In this document: piece after piece, positions 10,296-19,003 of the stretch | Layout: every line of letters begins with the position of its first letter | How positions within the stretch are numbered: the first letter of the stretch is position 1 | DNA from: Deltaproteobacteria bacterium | Lineage (GTDB): Bacteria; Desulfobacterota; Binatia; UTPRO1 | Direction of reading: 5' to 3' | Length of the DNA: 64,000 nt | Assembly (NCBI GenBank): GCA_020852955.1 | Contig: JADYZW010000035.1 | Location: forward strand, 26,024-90,023 | Notes under the pieces: generated by a model | The model's input: only the letters and a program-made list of their open reading frames with translations | What the model was told of the DNA's origin: nothing | Databases searched by the model: none | Position numbers and translations under genes: made by a program

Positions 10296-11132
10296 TCAGG
10301 CGTCGAGGAGCTTCAACACGTCCCCGGTGAGATCGAAGAGCTGCGCGCACCCGAGCTCGCCGCCGAGCAACCCCGCGCTGCGCTTGCGCAGCAACGCGTC
10401 CACCTTCTCCCCGACCATCGAGCGCACCCGCGCCTGGGGCTCGTCGCAGAGGCCGAGGTACGGCAGGCGCGACGTCGTCGAGTCGGCGGCGACGATCGTG
10501 TCGGTCGCGAGGTCGATCTCGTAGTGCAGGTCGAATCCGTGCACGTCGTCGTGCATCGACGAAAAGAGGTGCAGCCGCTCCCCCGTCCGCACGAGGCGCG
10601 CGAGCTTGCGCCGCACGAAGACGCGCGCGGCGCCGGCGGCGGGGCTGTAGAAGCTCGGCGGCAGGATGGGCACGACCCGGCGGCCGGCGAGCAGCTTCCC
10701 GCCCTCCTCGCTGTACGTGAAGCACGAGCCCGGAAGGTCCGCCCAGCCGCCCATGTCGAGCCGCCGGCACGCCGCCGCGTCGTCGGGCGCGATCGCCGCG
10801 GTGACGGCCGCCGGCACCTTCGCGACCTGGCGCGCGAGCCGCGCGACCTCGAAGACCGCGTCGGCGACGAGCGCGGCGCCCGCGTCCTCCCCCAGGACTT
10901 CGCCGAGCCGCCGTCCGAGGCCCGCGATCATGCGGACGCCCGCGAGTCGCGGCGCCGCCTCACGCACCGCGGGCGCGATCGCGCCGGCGAGCACCCGCAC
11001 CTCGGCGCCGCCGATCTCGTAGCCGGGCGCGAGGCTGCACGTGGCGCGCAGCTCGATCCCGCGCGCGTCGTCCTCCAGCCGCACCGTGTGCGCGAAGCCG
11101 CCCTCCGCGGCGTCGTCCGACCACCCGACCAT
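10296..11132 (-). CDS. hypothetical protein (possibly DUF2889-like)
   Basis: 278-aa C-terminal segment of the minus ORF 10296..12578, starting at the MVGWSDD ATG. It is co-oriented with and downstream of the flavoenzyme/cytochrome c pair. No confident family assignment was possible. Confidence 0.45.
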   Translation of the reverse strand: MVGWSDDAAEGGFAHTVRLEDDARGIELRATCSLAPGYEIGGAEVRVLAGAIAPAVREAAPRLAGVRMIAGLGRRLGEVLGEDAGAALVADAVFEVARLARQVAKVPAAVTAAIAPDDAAACRRLDMGGWADLPGSCFTYSEEGGKLLAGRRVVPILPPSFYSPAAGAARVFVRRKLARLVRTGERLHLFSSMHDDVHGFDLHYEIDLATDTIVAADSTTSRLPYLGLCDEPQARVRSMVGEKVDALLRKRSAGLLGGELGCAQLFDLTGDVLKLLDA

Positions 11133-11176
11133 GCGGCGCTCGTAGCGCCCGCGCGCGTCGAGGACCGCCGGCGGCT

Positions 11177-12568
11177 TCACGCGCCGAAGACCTCGCGGAG
11201 ATACGCGTTCAGCATGCGCCCGGCCGGATCGACGCTTGCCCGCACGCGGCGGGCGTCCTCGAACTTCGGATAGAGCGCCGCGAGGTCGGCGGCCTTCAGC
11301 GAGTGCATCTTCCCCCAGTGGGGCCGCCCGTCGTAGCGGCGGAAGATCGGCTCCACGAGGTCGAACAGGACCCGGAACTCGTCCTTGTAGTACGCGTGCA
11401 CCGCGATCGATCCCGAGAGCCGGCCGTAGAAGGGCGAGAGCCAGGCGTCGTCGGCCGCGATGACCCGTGCCTCGACCGGAAAGAACACATCCGGGCAGTG
11501 CGCCTCGATCGCGGCCACGACCGCGCGCAGCGCCGGCACCTGCGCCTCGAACGGCACGTGGTACTCCATCTCGTTGAAGCGGATCGGCCGCTCGTTCGAG
11601 AGCAGCTTCCAGCCCTCGTCCACCGCCTCGGTCGGCTCGAAATTCGGCGCAAGCACCTTTTCGGCGATCCAGCGCCGGACGAACGGCATCCGCGAGGTCC
11701 AATCGCGCAGGCGCTTCAGCTCCATGAGGGTCCCGGCGTCCTCGTCGGGACCCCGCGGCCGCACCGCCTCGGTCACCTCGTCGAGCGTGATGGTCGCGCC
11801 GATGCCGGTGAACGGAATCGCGAAGAACTCGACGTTGCGGTGGGCGGCGGCGAGCGCGGGCCAGGCGTCGAGGATGTCGGCGAGCGGTCGCGGCTCGACG
11901 CGCTTCTTGACGCGCGCGAGCGCCGCATTCTGGAGCGTCACCTGCGTCAGCACGCCGAAGGCGCCGAGGCCGACCCGTGCGGCCTGGAAGAGCTCGGGGT
12001 TGCGGGTCGCGTCGCAGTCGACGAGCCCGCCCGCCGGGGTCGCGATGCGGAACGCGAGCACGTCGCCGTGCAGCGCCTTGAACGCGCGCCCCGTACCGTG
12101 GGTCGCGGTCGAGAGCGCGCCCGCGAGCGACTGCTTGTTGACGTCGGGAAGGTTCGGCATCTCCTGCCCGATCGCCGCGAGCGCCGGACCGAGATCGCCG
12201 AGACGGGTGCCGGCGCGCACCGTCGCCCGCAAGCCTCGCGCGTCGTGCGCGATCACCCCCGTGAGCCCGTCGAGCGTGACCAGCGTCCCGTCGGTCGGCA
12301 CGAGCGCGCTGAACGAGTGTCCCGCGCCGACCGGACGGATCGGCGCCGGCGCCTTGCGGAGGAGATCCGCGACCGCCTCCTCGCTCGCCGGCGCGACTCG
12401 CTCGGCGGGGTACGAGTGCAGCTGCCCAGACCAGTTGCGCCAGACGAGGTGCCCGGCCGCGTCCTGCACGGGCGGGCTCGGCGGCTCGGCGTCGCCGGCG
12501 CACCCCTGCGCCGCGAGACCCGCGCCCACCGCGACGGCGCCCTTCAGAACGGTGCGGCGCGCGATCAT
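11177..12568 (-). CDS. FAD-linked sugar-1,4-lactone oxidase/dehydrogenase (ALO/GULO family), Tat-signal
   Basis: Twin-arginine leader (MIARRTVLKGAVAVGAGLAAQG). An FAD-binding PCMH domain (PVGAGHSFS) and the C-terminal ALO-domain HWGK motif (GRPHWGKMHSL) identify the family. Confidence 0.8.
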   Translation of the reverse strand: MIARRTVLKGAVAVGAGLAAQGCAGDAEPPSPPVQDAAGHLVWRNWSGQLHSYPAERVAPASEEAVADLLRKAPAPIRPVGAGHSFSALVPTDGTLVTLDGLTGVIAHDARGLRATVRAGTRLGDLGPALAAIGQEMPNLPDVNKQSLAGALSTATHGTGRAFKALHGDVLAFRIATPAGGLVDCDATRNPELFQAARVGLGAFGVLTQVTLQNAALARVKKRVEPRPLADILDAWPALAAAHRNVEFFAIPFTGIGATITLDEVTEAVRPRGPDEDAGTLMELKRLRDWTSRMPFVRRWIAEKVLAPNFEPTEAVDEGWKLLSNERPIRFNEMEYHVPFEAQVPALRAVVAAIEAHCPDVFFPVEARVIAADDAWLSPFYGRLSGSIAVHAYYKDEFRVLFDLVEPIFRRYDGRPHWGKMHSLKAADLAALYPKFEDARRVRASVDPAGRMLNAYLREVFGA

Positions 12569-12939
12569 GCCGGGTCACGGCCGGCCAAGAACCGGATGAG
12601 CGCCTCGTAGTCCGCGGGCGTGCACGCGAAGCACTGCCCCCCCGCCGGCATGCCGTTCAAGCCGCCGACCGTGCTCTGCACGAGCGCGGGCAGCCCCTTC
12701 GCAAAGCGCGCTTCCCAGGCCGCGCGGTCGCCCGCGAGCGGCGCACCGGTGTCCGCCACCGTGTGACACGCCTTGCACGACTGCGCGTAGAGGCTCGCGA
12801 GCCGCGCGTCCTTCGGCGTCAGCACCTGGGCCCGGGCGAGCGCGTCGCCGCTCAGATCGACCGGCGCGCCCCCCGACTGGCATCCCGCCACGACGACGCC
12901 CAGGAGCGCCGCCGCCAGCATCGTTCGCCCTTCACGCAC
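12565..12939 (-). CDS. c-type cytochrome (cytochrome c5-like) lipoprotein
   Basis: Lipoprotein-type leader (LLGVVVAGCQS) and a single CxxCH haem site (CKACH). Its stop overlaps the start of the flavoenzyme by 4 nt, suggesting translational coupling. Confidence 0.7.
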   Translation of the reverse strand: MREGRTMLAAALLGVVVAGCQSGGAPVDLSGDALARAQVLTPKDARLASLYAQSCKACHTVADTGAPLAGDRAAWEARFAKGLPALVQSTVGGLNGMPAGGQCFACTPADYEALIRFLAGRDPA

Positions 12940-15900
12940 CGGCGGCCTCCTCCCGCGCGCGCACCGCGCGCTCCAGGTCCTCCGCGTCCTGCTCGGTCAG
13001 GCTGAAATAGCGCGCCTCCGGGTGGTGGAACACGAGCGCGGACACCGAGCCCTCGGGCTCCATCATGAAGCCGTCGGTGAGGCGCACGCCGATCGACCGC
13101 TCGACGTCGAGCAGGCGGAAGAGCCGCGCCTGGTCCTCCAGCCGCGGACACGCCGGATAGCCGAACGAGACGCGCACGCCCCGGTAGCGCGCCTGGAAGA
13201 TCTCCTGTTTCGTGATCCCGGCGGAATCGGCGAATCCCCACATCTCGCGGATCTTCTGGTGCAGCAGCTCGGCGAACGCCTCGGCGCCCTCGAGCGCGAG
13301 CACCTGAAGGATGTGCGACTTCAGGTACTCGCCGGCGGCCTTCCACTCCTCGGCGAGCGCGCGCACCCCGGGACCGATGGTCGTCGCGAGCATGGCGACG
13401 TAGTCGACGCGGCCGGAGTCGCGCGCCGCCGTGAAGTCGGTGAGGCAGAGCCCGCCGTCCTTCGCCTGCCGGCCGAACGCGAAGCGCTCCTTCACGTGGT
13501 CGCCGTCGGGGCACGTGACGACGAGCGCGTCCCCGTCGGCGTGGGCGCGGAAGAACGCGTACACGGCGCTCGCGCGGACGTCGTCGCGCCGGAGCATCTC
13601 GTCCTCGACCCGCTCCACCTGGACCCTGAGCTCGCGCGCCTTCGGATCGCCCGCCGCGAGCGCGTCGGCGAACTTGCCCTTGAACCCGAGGTGGCGGGTG
13701 TAGAGCATCACCGGGTTGATGTACGCGAAGATGGCGTCGAGGTCGTAGTCCGCGAGCACGTGCCGCTTCAGGTCCGGCGGCTGCGGGATCGGAAAGTCGT
13801 GCCGGAGCGCCGCCTTCGTGAAGACGCGGCCGGACTCGCGCGCCGCCGCGGGGCCGCCGCTCCCGACGAACTGCGCCGCTTCCTTCGCGAGGCGCGCCGC
13901 GAGGTCGGCGCGCTTCCCGTCGTCCCGCAGCTGGTTCGCGAGATCGAGGCCGCTCATCGCGTCCTTGGCGTAGACGACGAGCCCGTCGTACTCGGGCGCG
14001 ATGCGCGTGCGGGTGAACTTGTTGGTGAGCGCCGCGCCGCCGACCAGGATCGGGCAGGCGATACCGGCCGCCTTCAGATCCTGCGCGGTCGCCACCATCA
14101 TCTGCGCCGACTTGACCAGCAGGCCCGAGAGCCCGAGCGCATCCGGCGCGTGCTCCCGGCACGCCCGGACCAGCTCCTCGGGCGGCACCTTGATGCCGAG
14201 GTTCACGACCCGGTAGCCGTTGTTCCCGAGGATGATCTCGACGAGATTCTTTCCGATGTCGTGGACGTCGCCCTTCACGGTCGCCAGCACGATCGTGCCC
14301 TTCGTCGACGACTCGCTCTTCTCCAGGTGGGGCTCGAGGTGCGCGACGGCGGCCTTCATGGCTTCGGCCGACTGCAGCACCTCGGCGACGATGAGCTCGT
14401 TGCGGTTGAAGAGCCGGCCGACCTCGTCCATCCCCGCCATGAGCGGGCCGTTGATGATCTCGAGGGGCTTCCGGTCGCGGAGTGCCAGATCGAGGTCCGC
14501 GGCGAGGCCCTCCTTCGATCCGACCAGGATGTAGCGCGCCAGGCGCTCGTCGAGCGGCAGCGCCTTCCAGTCCTCGACGGTCTGCTTGGCCTTGCGGTCG
14601 CGGAAGTGCGCCGCGAAGGCGGCGATCGGGTCCTCGCCGCGCGCCCAGATGAGGTCCTCGGCGAGCCGCCGCTCCTCCTCGGGGATCTCGGCATAGCGCT
14701 CGAGCTTCTCCGAGTTGACGATCGCCATGTCGAGGCCGGCCTGGACGCAGTGATAGAGGAAGACCGAGTTCAGCACCTCGCGGCCCGCGGCCGGGAGCCC
14801 GAACGACACGTTGGAGACCCCGAGGATCGTCTTGCAGCGCGGCAGCGCCCGCTTGATGAGGCGGATGCCCTCGATCGTCTCGACACCCGCGCCGACGTAG
14901 TTCCGGTCGCCGGTGCCGACCGGGAAGACGAGCGCGTCGAACACGATGTCCTCGGGCTCGACGCCGTATTGCGTCGTCAGGATGTCGTGGGAGCGCTCGG
15001 CGATCGCGAGCTTGCGAGCGCGGGTGATGGCCTGCGCCTGCGCCTTGTCCTCGTCGATGCAGCCGACGACGAGCGCCGCGCCGAAGGCCTTCGCGAGGGG
15101 CACGACCTTCCGGAAGCGCTCCTCGCCGTCCTCGAGGTTGATCGAGTTGATGAGCGACTTCCCCTGCGTGCGCTTCAACGACTCGTGGAGCACGTTGGCG
15201 TCGGTCGAGTCGAGCATGATGGGAACCTTGACCTTCTTCACCACCATCTCGAGGAACCGCGTCATGTCCTCGACCTCGGGTCGGTCGGGATCCTGGAGGC
15301 AGACGTCGAGCACGTGAGCGCCGCGCCGCACCTGGGCGCGGCCGATCTCGCTCGCCTCCTCGATCTTGCCCGCCGCAATCAGCTCCTTGAACTTCCGGCT
15401 GCCGAGCACGTTCGTACGCTCGCCGACGATCACCGGCCGCGTGTCGTCGTCGATGACCAGCGTCTCGATGCCCGAGACCGCCGAGCGCCGGACGTCGGAC
15501 AGCGCGCGCGTGGCCTGCCCCGCGGCGCCCCTCGCGAGGCGCTCGATGTGCTCGGGGGTCGTGCCGCAGCAGCCGCCGACGAGGTTCACCCACCCCTGCG
15601 CGACGAAGCGGCCGACCTTCTCGGCCATCATCGCGGGCGTCTCGTTGTAGCGGCCGTTCTCGTCGGGAAGCCCCGCGTTCGGCACGCACGCGACCGGAAA
15701 GCGCGAGAGCGCGGCGAGCGTGCGCAGGTGGTCGGTCATGAAGTCGGGCCCGGTGGCGCAGTTGAGCCCGATCCAGAGGAGGTCGCGGTGCGCGAGCGAG
15801 ACGTAGAACGCCTCGATGTCCTGGCCCGCGAGCAGCGTGCCCATGACCTCGATGCTGCACGACACCGCGATCGGCAGCTCCGTGCGGAGCTCGCCCTGGG

Positions 15901-16456
15901 CGCGGTCGATGCCGATCAGGCCCGCCTTCAGATTGAGCGTATCCTGGGTCGTCTCGAGGAGCAGGCAGTCGACGCCGCCCGCGATCAGGCCGAGCGCCTG
16001 CCGTCGGTAGTGCTCGGCGAGCTCGTCCCACCCGACCCCGCCGGTCACCGAGATGGTCTTGGTGGTCGGGCCCATCGAGCCCGCCACGAAGCGCGGCTTC
16101 TCGGGGGTCGAGAACCGATCCGCCGCCGCGCGCGCGATCGTCGCGGCCGCAACGTTGATCTCGTGGGTCTGGTCCTGGAGGCCGTACTCGGCGAGGACGA
16201 GCGGGGTCGCGCCGAAGGTGTCGGTCTCGAGGATGTCGGCACCGCCGGCGAGGAAGCGCTCGTGGACGCCCTGGATCACGCCGGGGCGCGTCAGCACCAG
16301 GTTCTCGTTGCAGCCTTCGAGGTCGGGGCCGCCGAAGTCCTCGGGGCCGAGGTCCAGCGCCTGGATGGACGTCCCCATCGCCCCGTCGAGCACGAGGATC
16401 CGCTCGGCGAGCAGGCGCTTCAAACGTGCTGTGCGGGTCGACCCGTCGTCGCTCAT
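12932..16456 (-). CDS. metH: cobalamin-dependent methionine synthase MetH
   Basis: It has a homocysteine-binding (Hcy) domain, a pterin domain, a B12-binding domain (DIGKNLV motif) and an AdoMet activation domain. The start was set at the MSDDGSTRTARLKRL ATG, 16 codons inside the track ORF. Confidence 0.95.
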   Translation of the reverse strand: MSDDGSTRTARLKRLLAERILVLDGAMGTSIQALDLGPEDFGGPDLEGCNENLVLTRPGVIQGVHERFLAGGADILETDTFGATPLVLAEYGLQDQTHEINVAAATIARAAADRFSTPEKPRFVAGSMGPTTKTISVTGGVGWDELAEHYRRQALGLIAGGVDCLLLETTQDTLNLKAGLIGIDRAQGELRTELPIAVSCSIEVMGTLLAGQDIEAFYVSLAHRDLLWIGLNCATGPDFMTDHLRTLAALSRFPVACVPNAGLPDENGRYNETPAMMAEKVGRFVAQGWVNLVGGCCGTTPEHIERLARGAAGQATRALSDVRRSAVSGIETLVIDDDTRPVIVGERTNVLGSRKFKELIAAGKIEEASEIGRAQVRRGAHVLDVCLQDPDRPEVEDMTRFLEMVVKKVKVPIMLDSTDANVLHESLKRTQGKSLINSINLEDGEERFRKVVPLAKAFGAALVVGCIDEDKAQAQAITRARKLAIAERSHDILTTQYGVEPEDIVFDALVFPVGTGDRNYVGAGVETIEGIRLIKRALPRCKTILGVSNVSFGLPAAGREVLNSVFLYHCVQAGLDMAIVNSEKLERYAEIPEEERRLAEDLIWARGEDPIAAFAAHFRDRKAKQTVEDWKALPLDERLARYILVGSKEGLAADLDLALRDRKPLEIINGPLMAGMDEVGRLFNRNELIVAEVLQSAEAMKAAVAHLEPHLEKSESSTKGTIVLATVKGDVHDIGKNLVEIILGNNGYRVVNLGIKVPPEELVRACREHAPDALGLSGLLVKSAQMMVATAQDLKAAGIACPILVGGAALTNKFTRTRIAPEYDGLVVYAKDAMSGLDLANQLRDDGKRADLAARLAKEAAQFVGSGGPAAARESGRVFTKAALRHDFPIPQPPDLKRHVLADYDLDAIFAYINPVMLYTRHLGFKGKFADALAAGDPKARELRVQVERVEDEMLRRDDVRASAVYAFFRAHADGDALVVTCPDGDHVKERFAFGRQAKDGGLCLTDFTAARDSGRVDYVAMLATTIGPGVRALAEEWKAAGEYLKSHILQVLALEGAEAFAELLHQKIREMWGFADSAGITKQEIFQARYRGVRVSFGYPACPRLEDQARLFRLLDVERSIGVRLTDGFMMEPEGSVSALVFHHPEARYFSLTEQDAEDLERAVRAREEAAGA

Positions 16457-16654
16457 GCGCGTGGCTGCCTCATGGTGGACCCTACCTTTTAAGGGGCGCC
16501 CCACGGCGGTTCAACCGGGCCTCCCGGCCATCAGGCGCCAGTTTTCGTTTGACGCTGCCCGCACGGCGACGATAGCGTTTCCCGTCGGGGGTGGTGAGCG
16601 GTGGCGGTGGCGCTGAGGAAGAGCGGTCCGATACGGGACCCGTGCGAGCCCGTG

Positions 16655-18877
16655 ATGCGTCCGCACGGCGGCGGCTGGGCGTTGGCGCTCGGCGCGACGG
16701 CCCTCGGACTCCTGCTCGCGGGGCTCGTGTTCGCGGGCCCGGGCGATCTCGACCGGGGCTTCGGCGACGGCGGCGTGGCCACGACGGCGGTCGGCGGGGT
16801 GCCGAACACCGCCTACGCGCTGGTCGTTCGCCCCGACGGCACGATCCTGGTGGCCGGCACGACCGGCGCCGACATCGACCCGAACGACCTCGACGTGGCC
16901 CTCGTGCGCTACACGAGCGCCGGCGTCCTCGATCCGAGCTTCGGCACGGGCGGCATCGTCCGCACCTTCGGCCCGTTCGAGGACACGGCCCACGCGCTCG
17001 CCCTCGCTCCCGACGGAACGCTCGTCGCCGTCGGCGCGACGACCGACGGCACGACCGCCGACCAGCAGTTCGCGCTGTACCGCTATCGCGCCGACGGCGC
17101 GCTCGATGCGGCCTTCGGGACCGGCGGCCGCGTCGCCACGACCGTGAGCCCGGGCGACGACCACGCCGAGGCGGTGGCGGTCCAGCCCGACGGCCGCATC
17201 GTCGTGGCCGGCGCCACGGAGGGGCGCGGCGATTTCGCGGTCGCCCGCTACGAGGCCGACGGCGACCTCGACCCGACCTTCGGACGCGGCGGTACCGTCG
17301 CGACCGACGTCGCCGGCGGGAGCGACGTGGCGTACGCGGTCCTCGTCGAGCCCGACGGCGCGATCCTCGTCGCCGGCACGGCGCAGCTCGGAAGCGGCGG
17401 CGCGAACGCGTTCGCGCTCGTCCGCTACTACGCCGACGGCGAGCTCGACGCGGGTTTCGGCGACGGCGGCATCGTGGTTACGAGCTTCGGTCCGTTCGAC
17501 GAGGCGCGGGCACTCCTGCGCGACCCCGACGGCAGGCTCGTCGTCGCGGGATCCTCCTTCACCGGCGAGTCCTTCGAGTTCGCGCTCGCGCGCTACACGC
17601 CCGACGGCGCGCTCGACCCGGGCTTCGGCGACGGTGGACGCGTAACGACGCCGGTCGGCGCGGGGCGGTCGCTCGCGCGGCAGGCCAACGGCGCCTACGT
17701 CGTCGCCGGCGAGGGAGCGCGCGACGGCCTCCCGGCGGTCGTGCTCGCCCGCTACGCCGCGGACGGCGCGCTCGACCTCGGCTTCGGCGACGGCGGCGTG
17801 GTCGCCACCACCGGAGGACGCGCCGCCGCCGTCGCGGTCCAGCCCGATGACGATCTCCTCGTCGCCGGCACCACCGTGCTCGACGACTTCGTCGTCGCCC
17901 GCTACGAGGTCGGCGCCGTCCGGCGCTGCGCCGATGCCAATCGCGACGGCGCGATCAGTGTCACCGACGGCGTCCTCGTGCTGCGCGCCGCGGCCGCGCT
18001 GCCGAGCGAGTGCGCGGCGCTCGTCTGCGACCTCGACGGCAGCGGCGCCATGTCGGTGACCGACGGCGTCAACACGCTCCGGGCCGCCGCGGAGCTCGCC
18101 GCCACGATCGCGTGTCCGGTGCCCGCCGTCGACCTCGTCCGCGGCGTCGTCGGTCCGGACGGCGTCGCCGCCGCGCTCGCCGTCGAGCAACCGCCCGCTC
18201 CCGCCAGCGGCGCCGCGAGCGTCGTCACCAACCTCGCGGGCAACACCACCGCCGACACCGGCGCGACGGCGAGCGTCACCGCGTTCTTCGAGACCGACAC
18301 CGCCGCAGCCGCGGCCGCCGGCGACGCGGCGCTCGTGATCGCGACCCGGGTCGGCGGCGACCGCTGGACCGGGTACTGGCAGATGCCCCTCGCCGCCGAC
18401 GCGACCGAAGCGACCGTCCGGCTCCAGTATCCCTCGAGCTTCGCCGCCGAGACCTTCGACCTGCTCTTCGCCGTCCGCCGCGGCGGCGTGCTGAGCGCGT
18501 ACGCGAGCCTGACGCAGCGCACGCGCGTGGTCGGCACGCCGACGCGCACCGCGACCCCGCGTCCGACCGCGACGCCGAGCGCGAGCGCCACCCCGCAACC
18601 GCCGACGCCGACCAGCACCGGCTCGCCGGTGCGGACCGCGACGCCGACGCGCACCGCGACCGAGACCCCGACCCGCACGCCGACCCCGACGCGCACCCGC
18701 ACCGTCACGCCGACCCGCACGCCCACCGCGACCCGGACCGCGACCGCGACGCCGACCCGGACCGCCACGCCTTCCCGGACCCGCACGCCGACCCCGACCC
18801 GCACCCCGACCGCCACCCCGACCCGCACGCCGACCCCGACGCGCACCCGCACGCCGACTCCGACGCCGACCGTCTAG
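16655..18877 (+). CDS. secreted delta-60-repeat protein with tandem dockerin-like module and Pro/Thr-rich tail
   Basis: Signal peptide, then about eight repeats of the GxLDxxFGxGGxV pattern (delta-60 repeat). Next comes a tandem Ca-binding dockerin-like pair ([25 protein letters not shown] / [24 protein letters not shown]). The C-terminus is a 110-aa TPTRT low-complexity tail. Confidence 0.75.
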   Translation: MRPHGGGWALALGATALGLLLAGLVFAGPGDLDRGFGDGGVATTAVGGVPNTAYALVVRPDGTILVAGTTGADIDPNDLDVALVRYTSAGVLDPSFGTGGIVRTFGPFEDTAHALALAPDGTLVAVGATTDGTTADQQFALYRYRADGALDAAFGTGGRVATTVSPGDDHAEAVAVQPDGRIVVAGATEGRGDFAVARYEADGDLDPTFGRGGTVATDVAGGSDVAYAVLVEPDGAILVAGTAQLGSGGANAFALVRYYADGELDAGFGDGGIVVTSFGPFDEARALLRDPDGRLVVAGSSFTGESFEFALARYTPDGALDPGFGDGGRVTTPVGAGRSLARQANGAYVVAGEGARDGLPAVVLARYAADGALDLGFGDGGVVATTGGRAAAVAVQPDDDLLVAGTTVLDDFVVARYEVGAVRRCADANRDGAISVTDGVLVLRAAAALPSECAALVCDLDGSGAMSVTDGVNTLRAAAELAATIACPVPAVDLVRGVVGPDGVAAALAVEQPPAPASGAASVVTNLAGNTTADTGATASVTAFFETDTAAAAAAGDAALVIATRVGGDRWTGYWQMPLAADATEATVRLQYPSSFAAETFDLLFAVRRGGVLSAYASLTQRTRVVGTPTRTATPRPTATPSASATPQPPTPTSTGSPVRTATPTRTATETPTRTPTPTRTRTVTPTRTPTATRTATATPTRTATPSRTRTPTPTRTPTATPTRTPTPTRTRTPTPTPTV
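18538..18874 (+). repeat. coding low-complexity repeat ([11 protein letters not shown] units)
   Basis: Degenerate 15-18 nt units (acccgcacgccgaccccgacgcgc...) encode the PT-rich C-terminal tail. The same unit recurs near 31935 and 60235 on the other strand. Confidence 0.8.
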
Positions 18878-19003
18878 GGAAGCCACACGGATCGCGTCCG
18901 AGCGAACAGGCCGAGCCGCCGCGAGCGCAAGGCGCGGGGCGCGGCCGCGAAGCGCCGCGGCCGTGGGCCCTGGTCCGGCACCTCACGGGCGATCGCGGGA
19001 ACC

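Noticed and set aside
6451-10330. Long ORFs antisense to the sugar dehydrogenase gene (6451..8442 -) and to ftsH (8411..10330 +, 8439..9812 -)
   Set aside because: They are antisense or out-of-frame to strongly supported genes and have low-complexity Arg/Ala/Asp composition.
12852-16492. 1059-aa (-) and 1156-aa (+) ORFs overlapping metH
   Set aside because: The metH frame (12932..16456) carries all four conserved domains. These alternates are frame-shifted or antisense artefacts.
16511-18986. 791-aa minus ORF, the 316-aa 'VRVGVGV' ORF and other ORFs antisense to the delta-60 protein
   Set aside because: Antisense translation of the Gly/Asp-rich repeats and the TPTRT linker gives repetitive Arg/Gly/Val polymers. 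No independent support.
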